Of a stretch of 64,000 nucleotides of DNA, positions 33,755 through 43,100 are shown piece after piece. The notes below the pieces were generated by a model that ran no database searches, was not told the origin of the DNA, and saw only the letters and a program-made list of their open reading frames with translations. Every line of letters begins with the position of its first letter. The first letter of the stretch is position 1. A program made the position numbers and the translations under genes. Source of the DNA: Candidatus Micrarchaeota archaeon (GTDB lineage Archaea; Micrarchaeota; Micrarchaeia; Micrarchaeales; CABMGC01); NCBI GenBank assembly GCA_021790305.1, contig JAJYED010000001.1, positions 11,844 through 75,843 on the forward strand, written 5' to 3'.

Positions 33755-35908
33755 TTATCTATACATGCTCTCCGGCTCATCCTTGAACCTTGATATTCTG
33801 TCAGCAAGCTCCTTAGGTATTGCAGGCTTTATCTCTTCCAGAGCCTTCTTGAAATCTTCTGCCTTGACTATATCGCGGTTAGCACGTATCGCGCTCATTC
33901 CCGCTTCCCTGCACACATTCTCTATCTCCGCTCCTGTGTAATTCTCAGTGACCTTTGCAAGCTCAACTATGTCTATGCTCTTGTCGAGCGGCATTCTTTT
34001 CGTATGTATCGTAAATATCTGCTCCCTTGCCTTCTCATCAGGCATGGGTATGTCTATTATTTTGTCGAACCTTCCTGCACGCAGTATGGCAGGATCTATC
34101 GCATCAGGCCTGTTCGTAGCAGCAAGAACCACTACATTCTTCAGCTCCTGCAGCCCATCCATCTCGGTAAGAAGCGTATCCACTACACGTTCGCTCACAA
34201 GCGAATCTCCTGAATCACCGCCTCTCGGATGTGCGATAGAGTCTATCTCATCGATGAATATTATGCATGGCGCAGCAAGTCTGGCCTTCCTGAATATCTC
34301 TCTCAGGGTCTTTTCGCTCTCTCCCACATACTTGGAGAGTATTTCAGGACCTTTTATGGATATGAAGTTTGATTCCCTCTCAGTTGCTACTGCCTTTGCC
34401 AGTAGTGTCTTTCCTGTACCTGGCGGTCCTACAAGCAGCAGCCCCTTCACAGGCCTTATTCCCATATCTTCAAAAGCCTTTGGATTCTTGAGAGGAAGTT
34501 CTATACTGTCTCTCAATTCATCCTTTACCTTGTCAAGTGCACCTACATCATTCCAATGCACATTTGGCCTTTCTACAAATACCTCCCTCAATGCGCTTGG
34601 CTGTATATTCTTCATCGCCTCGAGGAAGTCATCCCGTGACACCTTGAGATCCAGAAGAATCTCATTCGGAATTGATTGCTTGTCTGCAATCTTAGGTAAT
34701 ATGGTCCTTAAGGTTGCCATTGCAGCTTCTCTGACAAGCGCATTAAGGTCTGCTCCAGTATAACCGTGCGTCTTGTTTGCGAGTTCATCTATGTCAACGT
34801 CTTTCATCGGCATGTTCCTTGTATGTATCTGCAGTATCTCCTTTCTCGCATTTCTTCCAGGAACTCCTATCTCTATCTCCCTGTCAAATCTTCCCGGTCT
34901 TCTCAAGGCAGGATCTATTGCATCAGGCCTGTTCGTGGCAGCAAGCACTATTACCTGTCCGCGCTGTCCCACTCCGTCCATGAGCGTGAGCATCTGAGAA
35001 ACCATCCTTCGCTCGACTTCATTTGTAGACTCCTCCCTTCTTGGAGCTATTGCATCTATCTCATCCATGAATATTATCGAAGGCGCTTTCTCATTTGCGT
35101 TTTTGAATATCTCCCTTAGCTTCTCCTCGCTCTCTCCTACGAATTTCGATACGAGTTCAGGCCCGGATATGGATATGAAGTTCGCATCACTCTCGTTTGC
35201 CACTGCCTTTGCAAGCAGCGTCTTTCCAGTACCTGGAGAGCCATAAAGAAGCACTCCTTTAGGAGGTTCTATTCCAAGCCTTTCGAATAGCTCCGGATAC
35301 CTTATCGGCAGTTCCACAAGCTCCCTTATCTTCTGCTTTGCATCCTCGAGACCTCCTATGTCTTCGTAATGAACATTGCCTACCTTGACTATGGACTCTG
35401 ACACAGGCTCTTCTTTTACAACGAGGTTAGTATCCCTTGTTATCTTCACAACCCCATGGGGCACTACCTGCACCACTATGAAGTTGAAGACTATGCCGAA
35501 CATTGGTATCGGTATGGAATCTCCTTTAACAAGAGGTCTCCCATCAAGCCTTTTCTTTGCAAATTCTGGGAAATCAGGAGATAAAGGCATCTTCTGCCCT
35601 ACCGGAGGTGCAAGAATCACCTTTTCAGCATCCTTTACAGCTGCTTTTGAAACGAATATCTTATCCCCTATCCCTACACCAAGATTCTGCCTTATGTAAC
35701 CGTCTATTCTTATGAAGCCAAGCCCTTCGTCGCTCGGGTGGGACTGCCATGTAATCGCAGCAGTTGACTTTTTCTTGCCCTTTATCTCAATTATGTCTCC
35801 AGAGAGGACGTCAAGCATCTTCCTTGATTTTGAATCTATCCTGGCTACGCTCCTCCCCGAATCGGTCACAAGCGCATCTGCCACAGTCAATTCTATGCCA
35901 TCAGGCAT
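33755..35908 (-). CDS. cdc48: CDC48/VCP-type AAA+ ATPase (two AAA domains plus N-domain)
   Basis: Two Walker A motifs ([30 protein letters not shown]), two Walker B motifs ([16 protein letters not shown]), an N-terminal double-psi barrel region, and SRH motifs. Confidence 0.95.
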   Translation of the reverse strand: MPDGIELTVADALVTDSGRSVARIDSKSRKMLDVLSGDIIEIKGKKKSTAAITWQSHPSDEGLGFIRIDGYIRQNLGVGIGDKIFVSKAAVKDAEKVILAPPVGQKMPLSPDFPEFAKKRLDGRPLVKGDSIPIPMFGIVFNFIVVQVVPHGVVKITRDTNLVVKEEPVSESIVKVGNVHYEDIGGLEDAKQKIRELVELPIRYPELFERLGIEPPKGVLLYGSPGTGKTLLAKAVANESDANFISISGPELVSKFVGESEEKLREIFKNANEKAPSIIFMDEIDAIAPRREESTNEVERRMVSQMLTLMDGVGQRGQVIVLAATNRPDAIDPALRRPGRFDREIEIGVPGRNARKEILQIHTRNMPMKDVDIDELANKTHGYTGADLNALVREAAMATLRTILPKIADKQSIPNEILLDLKVSRDDFLEAMKNIQPSALREVFVERPNVHWNDVGALDKVKDELRDSIELPLKNPKAFEDMGIRPVKGLLLVGPPGTGKTLLAKAVATERESNFISIKGPEILSKYVGESEKTLREIFRKARLAAPCIIFIDEIDSIAHPRGGDSGDSLVSERVVDTLLTEMDGLQELKNVVVLAATNRPDAIDPAILRAGRFDKIIDIPMPDEKAREQIFTIHTKRMPLDKSIDIVELAKVTENYTGAEIENVCREAGMSAIRANRDIVKAEDFKKALEEIKPAIPKELADRISRFKDEPESMYR

Positions 35909-36022
35909 CTATATCACCTAAGAAAAGAGTTAATTTTCCCGTTGGTACTTATGCTATTAGATTCTATACTAAAAGTTATAAAACCTTTTATAAAGCATCA
36001 GGCGATCTGCCGCTCAATTATC

Positions 36023-37231
36023 CTAATTCCCAGCACTGCTTTCCTTTTTAGCCTTTATCAGTTCTACAGTGTAAGAATTTAATCTAATCGAATGTACTCC
36101 GATATCGTGCTCACCTGTGGACCAGTCGCTATTGCCGCTTACTGCAAGAGGTACAAATCTGCCCGCCTCTCTCTCATACATAGTGAAAGCTCCGGTTATC
36201 TCCTTCGCATGGAAGTAAGTTCCGCCTCCAATGCCTGCTATAACGAGTCCAGTATCCTTTAGCTTACCGAACTCAATCTTTGCACTCTTCAATCCTTGTA
36301 CCTTGTAAGATACAGTATCAAACTCCACCTCTTTACTCCAGTCAAGTGTATTGCCATTAACCGGTATTATCCCGAAATTGAGGTATGCAATATCCTGTTT
36401 TTCTGTAACTCTTATGTCAATGGCAAATCTGATTCGGTCTGACGTCCGAGTATCCCCTCCACGTATGCCCAATCTGCCATTTTCCTTATATGCCTTATAA
36501 TCAGAATAAACATATGTCGGTATTACTCCTGCAGAATCTGTAATAATACCTTTGCCATGCATCCCGTTTAGATTTAGTTTATTAAAGTCTTTCTGTGTAA
36601 GCTCTTTTCCCTCAGCTATCTTAACATCAAGATTGATACTGTCCTTAAATATTTCCGAGATGCTTCCATAGGTGTATGATGGTTTTTGCAACTCTTTGTT
36701 CCCATGTATAAATATCTGCACCCCGTTCTGCACCCATATCCATCTGCTTCCTCCGCCACTGCTTATGACATGTACATATGTATTTAGCTGTACAGAAGCG
36801 CCATTTACAGTTCTTCCTCCATTAAGCATCTCAGAAGAAATGCCCTTTAACTTGTCTATATTCACTACTCCTAAAATCTCATTTGTAGGTGAACCTTTTT
36901 CAACACTCTCGCCTCTGGCGGAATATTTTGCATCGCTTCTCATAAGTTTGTCGAGAGCTTCAATATCCTGCTTGCTGTATGCTGGCTCATGTAATGACTG
37001 CCCTGCAAATGCGATAGGTGAAAGCGCCATATACACTGCTACAGCAGCTCCTGCAAGGTTCAATGCCTTCCTATGCCCTTTATCGAGTCTATCAGAGGTC
37101 CTTCCAACATGAGATATAAAATCCTGCGCACTGTTTATCTCAGCTGCCTTTACTATCTTGTACTCCTTCTCTTCCCTATCTGCTTCTTTCTTCTCTGCAG
37201 CACTCTTCCGGAATCTATGCCCAACCATCAA
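36023..37231 (-). CDS. Membrane-anchored thermopsin-like (peptidase A5-like) domain protein, tentative
   Basis: A charged N-terminus and a single TM (ALNLAGAAVAVYMALSPIAFA). The ectodomain contains TNEILGVVNI...GASVQLNTYVHV...RWIWVQNGVQIF, which resembles the QLN...WxQN core I recall from thermopsins. Not verified. Confidence 0.4.
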   Translation of the reverse strand: MMVGHRFRKSAAEKKEADREEKEYKIVKAAEINSAQDFISHVGRTSDRLDKGHRKALNLAGAAVAVYMALSPIAFAGQSLHEPAYSKQDIEALDKLMRSDAKYSARGESVEKGSPTNEILGVVNIDKLKGISSEMLNGGRTVNGASVQLNTYVHVISSGGGSRWIWVQNGVQIFIHGNKELQKPSYTYGSISEIFKDSINLDVKIAEGKELTQKDFNKLNLNGMHGKGIITDSAGVIPTYVYSDYKAYKENGRLGIRGGDTRTSDRIRFAIDIRVTEKQDIAYLNFGIIPVNGNTLDWSKEVEFDTVSYKVQGLKSAKIEFGKLKDTGLVIAGIGGGTYFHAKEITGAFTMYEREAGRFVPLAVSGNSDWSTGEHDIGVHSIRLNSYTVELIKAKKESSAGN

Positions 37232-37252
37232 CCCACTATGCTACATATCATG

Positions 37253-38860
37253 TTACTCTGCAGCTTCATTGGTAAATATCAAAGGCGCAATGGCCTCGTC
37301 CACTTCCTCTCTTTGAACGGTATTTCCTCCTTCCAACTTTAGCTGAACTCCTATCGCTGCAAGTTGCGTTATAACAAGTTCGGACATGTCAGGATAATCG
37401 TTTTCATATCCTCTCATGACTGCCTTGTTTTTATCATTAAGTCGCTTCATTATCTCTTCATAATCATCGCTAATCTGTTTTACTACTCTCGAAGCATTGT
37501 CTCCTTCATTATAGGCGAGTACATTTGCCCCAAGCCTCTCATAAATGGGCTTTCCTGAGGAATCCCTGATATCATCAATGTCCCTCTGCATATCCCTTAT
37601 TTCATGCATGAACATAGGGACCTTGCTAACATTAAGCTCTTTCTCTTCTGCGAGTTTAGCTATCCTCTTGTTGGAATACGATCCTGCATCTCCTAGCTTC
37701 TCCACAAGTGCATCTATTGAGTTCTCATGAGCTTCGCGTGCTTCTTTATCATCAGGGAATACCCTGTCCAGGTTATCCTTCGTCTTCATAAGCAGATCTT
37801 TATAAGCACTTATTTCTATGAAAAGTTTTATGTTGGCATCAGACACCTCTGCAATATCTTCTGCTGTAATCTCATTCTTTTCCTTATCTTCCATATTATT
37901 CAGAACGCGATTGATCTCATCCATCCTCTTGTTCATATTTGCTTCCATAATGCTACGTTGCTTTATCATCTTTTCAGGACTATCAAGTTTTTCTAGCTCT
38001 AGTACTAGCGGTTGTTCCTCTTCAGGCTTGCGCTTAGCTCTGGTGCCACTTCCATTACTGCCATTTCCTCCTCCACCATTCTTCTCTGCGCTTGTTTCAT
38101 GCTTTTCAGAGCTTGCTTCTCTCTCTTCTTTTTGTTCTTGTTTACCGGAATCCTCATTTGCCCTAGAACCATAATGCCTATTAACTGCTTCTGTATACGA
38201 TGAATCAGGCCTGAGTTTTGGTCTTTCCCTTTGCTGTTTATTACTATCTGCATTATTATTCAGTTTCTCTGCCAATTCATCTATAATTGCAGCCTTCCTT
38301 ATAGTCTTCAGATCTTTTGCTATCTGTAACTGATCCTCCTTTCCATTATCCTGTGCCTTTCTCCCAGAACTTTTCTTAGTCGTTGTGCTAAAATCATGTA
38401 TCGCAGTTTCAAGTGCATAAGACGCTGTGTCTGGAGCAGAATCGGATAGTTCTCTAAGATCTGAGGTAAGTCTTGCAACCCTGCTCACTGCAGCCTCATA
38501 TGATTGCCCTTTCTCCTTTTTAATAAATTCAGTAAGCGCCTCTTTAAATTTGTCTGCAGGCATTTCTGAGAGCTTTTCCAAACCCCGATTGAATCTATCC
38601 TCAATACTTATCCTTTCCTTAACGCTTAGTTCACCCTTTCTGCTTGCATCTCCAACCTTAATCTTGAGTTCTTTCACCGTCTCTTCATAATAGTCGTGCC
38701 TTGCAGAAGTAGTGCCATCCTTCGACACTCCATTCTTGGAAAAGTGACTGCCATCCATGTGCTGTATAGAGCGTGATGCATCAGTGAAATCATTAAGCAG
38801 TGCGGATGCACCTGCTTCTTTCCTTGTGCTTTTATCTGAACTTTTATACGCAGTCGCCAT
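37253..38860 (-). CDS. 535-aa highly charged protein, paralog of the next gene (shared ~180-aa block at its C-terminus)
   Basis: E/K/D/S-rich and without a TM. The shared block begins ANIKLFIEISAYKDLLMKTKDNLDRVFPD. Confidence 0.55.
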   Translation of the reverse strand: MATAYKSSDKSTRKEAGASALLNDFTDASRSIQHMDGSHFSKNGVSKDGTTSARHDYYEETVKELKIKVGDASRKGELSVKERISIEDRFNRGLEKLSEMPADKFKEALTEFIKKEKGQSYEAAVSRVARLTSDLRELSDSAPDTASYALETAIHDFSTTTKKSSGRKAQDNGKEDQLQIAKDLKTIRKAAIIDELAEKLNNNADSNKQQRERPKLRPDSSYTEAVNRHYGSRANEDSGKQEQKEEREASSEKHETSAEKNGGGGNGSNGSGTRAKRKPEEEQPLVLELEKLDSPEKMIKQRSIMEANMNKRMDEINRVLNNMEDKEKNEITAEDIAEVSDANIKLFIEISAYKDLLMKTKDNLDRVFPDDKEAREAHENSIDALVEKLGDAGSYSNKRIAKLAEEKELNVSKVPMFMHEIRDMQRDIDDIRDSSGKPIYERLGANVLAYNEGDNASRVVKQISDDYEEIMKRLNDKNKAVMRGYENDYPDMSELVITQLAAIGVQLKLEGGNTVQREEVDEAIAPLIFTNEAAE

Positions 38861-39031
38861 AATACCACTTGAAATAATATACGCTTTTCTCGTATTTAAA
38901 TATATCTACATCTGCGATCTAGACATATAAATCAGATTTATATCTACCTGGACTGCTATCTCTACAGTACAATATGCACAAGTGTTAGATGTCTGCTTTA
39001 GGGCTTATATATTCTAAAAGAAGGAAAATAA

Positions 39032-40507
39032 CTAAAGTGACATATCCTGTTCAAAGTTCTGCTCTACCTTCATATTATTATCAGCCTTAACCCCGGTCTC
39101 CATAGTATTCTCAGCCTTAACCTCGGCCCTAACTTGATTAACCGTCATCTCATTAGCCTTTATACTATTTTCAGTCTCCATAGTATTCTCAGCCTTAACC
39201 GCGGTCTTCACATCATTCTTAGCCTCAGTACTAACTTCATTAACCGTCGTCTCAGCAGATATGCTACTTTCAGTCTTTATATCATTCTCAGCCTTAACCT
39301 CGGCCCTAATTTCATTAACCTTCATCTCATTGGCCTTTTTAATCTCATCCGCTTTCATCTCATCGGCCATTCTAAGCAATTCACTTAATGGCATAATCTC
39401 CTCTTTAGTAAGCGTAGGCATTATTCCTGTTCTTGCTGCTACAACAATTTCTGGCTTCTGAGAAGAAGATACTGCATTATTACTATCCGTGGGCTCTGTT
39501 ACCTCGACCATACCTGACCTAAGCAACCGGACAGTATCTATCGATTTATGTTTTTTAGAACCATTGCCATAAGCTGGAGCTTCCCTCTCTCTTTTATGTG
39601 GACTATCTTCAGTTGCATTTTCAGAAGAAAACTGCATTGTAATCTCTTCATCTTCAGATTTTTGATAGCTATCTGTGCGCTTCTGCACAAGTATATCATT
39701 AAGCTGTACCTCTATTACCGAAAGTTGCCTTATTATGTCGATTGAGAACATCTTTCCTCCAACAAGCGAAACCCTTCCCAATAACGCCTTGCTTTGCTCT
39801 GACAGTCTGTCCTCTATCTCTTTTTGGTCGTTAATTATGGCATCCTGAACAGAAGTCGGAGGTACAGCTCCAGCAAAGCGGACAAGATTAGAGCCAAGCC
39901 TTGCTGCCACGCTGTTTCCATTTTCATCTTTTATGCTTTTAATATCTGTGTTCAAACTCTTTATATCACTAGCTGAAATTGACAACGTGCCCAATTTCAT
40001 ACCTTTCTTTTCTCCAATAGCTTTCATAATGCCATTAGACTCTTTTGCTACATCCTTAATCTCCTTTAACAATTCATCTATGCTCTTCTCAATCTCAATC
40101 CTAGAAGCATTATCTACGTCAGGGAATTGGGTCTCAACTCCCTTCTTTGCATCGGTTAGGAAGTTCGTATAAGCATTCAGTTCTACGAAGAGCCTGATAT
40201 TAGCTAAGGAAATTGCCTTAAGATCCCCCTGGAATCTTTCCCCATCAGCTACATGTTTTCCATCTTTCAGGTCCGGCTTTTCTACCTTCAATATATGCTC
40301 TCCAAGCTTCATTACCTTTTCAGCCTTTTCATTCATACTTTTAAGAATGAATTCCTTCTGCCTTGCAAATCCTTCTACCGTATACTTATCAGAATCAGGT
40401 GAATGGCTTTCGTTGTTGCCTCTAACATGTTCCTTAAAACCTGCAGAAGTCTTAGTCCCATTATTAGCTCTGTTTTCCACAGCTTCCACTTTGGTTATCA
40501 TAATCAT
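39032..40507 (-). CDS. 491-aa charged protein, paralog of the previous gene (shared block near its N-terminus) with a repetitive C-terminus
   Basis: The shared block begins ANIRLFVELNAYTNFLTDAKKGVETQFPD. The C-terminal ~110 aa are degenerate repeats (VKAENTMET, EMKVNEIRAEVKAEN). Confidence 0.55.
   Translation of the reverse strand: MIMITKVEAVENRANNGTKTSAGFKEHVRGNNESHSPDSDKYTVEGFARQKEFILKSMNEKAEKVMKLGEHILKVEKPDLKDGKHVADGERFQGDLKAISLANIRLFVELNAYTNFLTDAKKGVETQFPDVDNASRIEIEKSIDELLKEIKDVAKESNGIMKAIGEKKGMKLGTLSISASDIKSLNTDIKSIKDENGNSVAARLGSNLVRFAGAVPPTSVQDAIINDQKEIEDRLSEQSKALLGRVSLVGGKMFSIDIIRQLSVIEVQLNDILVQKRTDSYQKSEDEEITMQFSSENATEDSPHKREREAPAYGNGSKKHKSIDTVRLLRSGMVEVTEPTDSNNAVSSSQKPEIVVAARTGIMPTLTKEEIMPLSELLRMADEMKADEIKKANEMKVNEIRAEVKAENDIKTESSISAETTVNEVSTEAKNDVKTAVKAENTMETENSIKANEMTVNQVRAEVKAENTMETGVKADNNMKVEQNFEQDMSL
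39060..39360 (-). repeat. In-frame imperfect tandem repeats inside the 491-aa gene
   Basis: A 52-nt block at 39107-39158 recurs at 39284-39335 (offset 177 nt, 4 mismatches). A 25-nt block CTCCATAGTATTCTCAGCCTTAACC at 39098-39122 recurs at 39176-39200 (offset 78 nt). Confidence 0.8.
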
Positions 40508-40558
40508 TCACTACTCTATTATGGCATTTTTCATATTAAAAGACATATGTGCAATCCG

Positions 40559-41065
40559 TTATCTGACGCTTAAAAAGCTTATCTGAGAGTGCATAGTCTT
40601 ACTCTTTCCTGGATCTCTAACAGTGTAAAGATAACTGACGGGTTCCTTTTTGGTTATATCTGCACGCAATACTAGGCAAGCTTTATTCTCAAAGTATGTG
40701 TTGCTTGCAAGAACAACTCCTCTACCTGGCAAGAGGACAGCTCTCTCTTCAGAAGGGAGCACTGAAAATTCATCCCACGATATCCTATAATTTTGGCCTT
40801 CGTTAGGATTAATTCTTACGTACTCCATGCTCTCAATTCCTATCTGCGATGTCAGTGCCCATCCTTTATTATACATCATACTCCTAAAGGCAGCATCATT
40901 CGCATAACAAAGACTTATCTGATCAGGAGTTGCAAGCAGGCGCCCTCTTTCACGCAATAAGTCCTTTAAATTACTCATATCAACAGGCATAACCTTTTCA
41001 GTAGACCTGAATACTTGCGGACATCTGCCTTCTAACGCCTTCATATTGCTAACCATAATTACCAC
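40559..41065 (-). CDS. ~170-aa family protein, member A (unknown function)
   Basis: Shares the ordered motifs ISLCYANDAAFRSMM, YVRINPNEG, VLPSEERAVL and VSYLYTV with members C, F and G. Confidence 0.55.
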   Translation of the reverse strand: MVIMVSNMKALEGRCPQVFRSTEKVMPVDMSNLKDLLRERGRLLATPDQISLCYANDAAFRSMMYNKGWALTSQIGIESMEYVRINPNEGQNYRISWDEFSVLPSEERAVLLPGRGVVLASNTYFENKACLVLRADITKKEPVSYLYTVRDPGKSKTMHSQISFLSVR

Positions 41066-41076
41066 ATTGAGCTTAT

Positions 41077-41580
41077 CTATCGTTTTGCACTTTTGATACC
41101 TTCATTTAGTATATCACTGTTAAGTTGTACATATGCGGCACGTGCAATGTATAACTTATTGCCAGAGGGACAATTAGCATCTCCAAATCTGACACAAACA
41201 TGCTCTGAATCCTTCCTAAAAACAGCCAATCTGTCTTTGGCAATTGTCCCACGTATCATTTTCCTGCTTACGTGTTCTAATGTTTCATTGCCTATCCTGT
41301 AATACCAATATGCGCCTTCAGGACAGTATCCTTGTCCTTTACGCGCAAGAATCCATCCGTCATATGGATTTACGCTATTGCAATATAGCATTATCGTGCT
41401 CCTTAATTCTAGATTATCGCTGTATTTCTGTACGAGCTCATCAAGCGTTGCAATTCTTGAATCTCTGGGCACATGCGGCGATATCTCTCTGCCTAAAAGT
41501 GAGGTATATCTCTCTGAAAGTCCTACATTCGGGACATCTTTAAAAACGCTTTTCTGCCGTCTTTCCAGTATGTGCTCCAT
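41077..41580 (-). CDS. ~170-aa family protein, member B (divergent)
   Basis: Same size and position in the array. Motifs are weaker (DELVQKYSDNLELRSTI, YYRIGNETL, ARAAYVQL). Confidence 0.5.
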   Translation of the reverse strand: MEHILERRQKSVFKDVPNVGLSERYTSLLGREISPHVPRDSRIATLDELVQKYSDNLELRSTIMLYCNSVNPYDGWILARKGQGYCPEGAYWYYRIGNETLEHVSRKMIRGTIAKDRLAVFRKDSEHVCVRFGDANCPSGNKLYIARAAYVQLNSDILNEGIKSAKR

Positions 41581-41590
41581 GCCTAATTAC

Positions 41591-42115
41591 CTATGCTCTA
41601 ACAATCATCCTTAATGCGTCCGCTAATCTGAAACTGTCATTTTCAGCAGTCGTCCTTACATATGCCACATGGGCTTTTCCGAAATAAGCTGTCGAATACG
41701 GTGATAGGAAAAGGCTTTTTCCCAGATCACAAACGCTACTGTCCTTATGTGTCTTTGATGTATCCATATTTACATATGCGACCATGGTATTATCATCTGC
41801 CTTCTGCACAAGCCCTCTCCTTTTAGGGTTAAGTATCCAGTAATCTGTAATATCAATATAGCAAAAGCCATCCTTGTTTATCTCTATAGTTCCAGATCTG
41901 CTGAACTTATTATCATTAACAATCAGAGTAGGGCCTGCTTTAATTAACATATTCCTTAAAGACTCGCTGGTTGCATAAGCCCTCAGAAACTCTCCGGATG
42001 TTGCAGGTGAACAACCTTCAGGTACAAGGCGCCATGCTTCAGAAGGTTCAGCCAGCCTTCTTGATATATATACTTCAAAAGCCGTTTTTTGCTGTTTTTG
42101 CATAGTTGCGTTCAT
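41591..42115 (-). CDS. ~170-aa family protein, member C
   Basis: Motifs EFLRAYATSESLRNML, TIEINKDGF and AHVAYVRT. Confidence 0.55.
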   Translation of the reverse strand: MNATMQKQQKTAFEVYISRRLAEPSEAWRLVPEGCSPATSGEFLRAYATSESLRNMLIKAGPTLIVNDNKFSRSGTIEINKDGFCYIDITDYWILNPKRRGLVQKADDNTMVAYVNMDTSKTHKDSSVCDLGKSLFLSPYSTAYFGKAHVAYVRTTAENDSFRLADALRMIVRA

Positions 42116-42145
42116 AATATATTCACCATTCTCTAACTATTCGGA

Positions 42146-42451
42146 CTACCTTTTAGGAAAAGGCAAATCAGTCCTGACGACAGCCTTAAATATAACCGAG
42201 CGATTCTCATCAACAAAAAGACCCTCTCCGTCTGAGGTATCGAAATGCGTTCCTCTCAACTCCTCCTTAAGCCTTGGACAAAGCGAAATGGCTTTTTCAG
42301 CTTCTTCTCTGCTGAACCTCCTGAGACCCATACTGTCGAATACCTTATTAACCTCCCTTATATCAGAAGCGTTTATTGCAGGGGCTATTACTACCCTGCT
42401 GTTTCCTATCCGTACCTCCTTATACTCCATTATTTTTGTTATCATTGTCAA
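42146..42451 (-). CDS. 101-aa protein, possibly a truncated or divergent member of the same family
   Basis: Contains SREEAEKAISLCPRLKEELRG, which resembles the family's first motif. It lacks the C-terminal half. Confidence 0.4.
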   Translation of the reverse strand: MTMITKIMEYKEVRIGNSRVVIAPAINASDIREVNKVFDSMGLRRFSREEAEKAISLCPRLKEELRGTHFDTSDGEGLFVDENRSVIFKAVVRTDLPFPKR

Positions 42452-42698
42452 CTACCTGCTGTTTTAAAGTTGCCACAATCAAGATTTAGCACGTATAAAT
42501 AAGTAAAAGCTGTGAACATCCTGATTTATAAAGTTAACTGAAAGCTACGGCCTGATTCGCCATGCGCCGATAATCGGTTACCCTAAACTTATGCAGAGCA
42601 GACCGGCAGCAAAAATAACACAAGATTTTTAATATTACTCCTTCATAGTAGTGGTAGTATTAGGTTCTATTCTTAGATCCAAAAATCAAGTGCTTAGT

Positions 42699-42851
42699 AT
42701 GGGAAAGTTTCCAATAGCAGACGCGCAGCTGTCCAAGACATGGATATGCAGAAAGTGCAAAGGCAGGAATAGGGCTGGCGTAGAGAAATGCAAGAGATGC
42801 GGCTACAAGTACCTGCGCCCTAAGAGGAAGGAAAAGAGAGTAAAGAAGTGA
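42699..42851 (+). CDS. rpl40e: Ribosomal protein eL40
   Basis: MGKFPIADAQLSKTWICRKCKGRNRAGVEKCKRCGYKYLRPKRKEK has the C4 zinc ribbon typical of L40e. The internal ATG at 42699 is preferred over the track start at 42651. Confidence 0.85.
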   Translation: MGKFPIADAQLSKTWICRKCKGRNRAGVEKCKRCGYKYLRPKRKEKRVKK

Positions 42852-42871
42852 TGCTTTTCTGAGTTGAGATA

Positions 42872-43096
42872 ATGGTAGATTTAAACCCTATAGAGAGTCT
42901 TGTCGTTCAATCCATGAGAGAGATAGGGGCGACGAGCGAGGAAAAGAAGAAGACAGCTGACGATATAGCAAAGAAATGCAACAGGCCAAAGTCGATGGTA
43001 AACAACGCACTGGTCTCACTAGCCGGAAAGGGCGTGGTAAAGCGTGTTGTAAGGGAGAAGGCATCTGGATATTATGTAATGCCTGGAACAGCGTAA
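42872..43096 (+). CDS. 74-aa winged-helix protein
   Basis: TADDIAKKCNRPKSMVNNALVSLAGKGVVKRV fits an HTH plus wing pattern. Confidence 0.5.
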   Translation: MVDLNPIESLVVQSMREIGATSEEKKKTADDIAKKCNRPKSMVNNALVSLAGKGVVKRVVREKASGYYVMPGTA

Positions 43097-43100
43097 CAGC

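Noticed and set aside
33948-35699. Plus-strand ORFs antisense to CDC48
   Set aside because: These are shadow ORFs. The minus strand encodes an unmistakable double-AAA CDC48.
42560-42600. Possible structured RNA or palindrome (CCGATAATCGG) in the 247-bp gap upstream of rpl40e
   Set aside because: It is an odd-length palindrome with a one-nucleotide centre and cannot form a stable hairpin. No tRNA-like or known ncRNA features were recognised.
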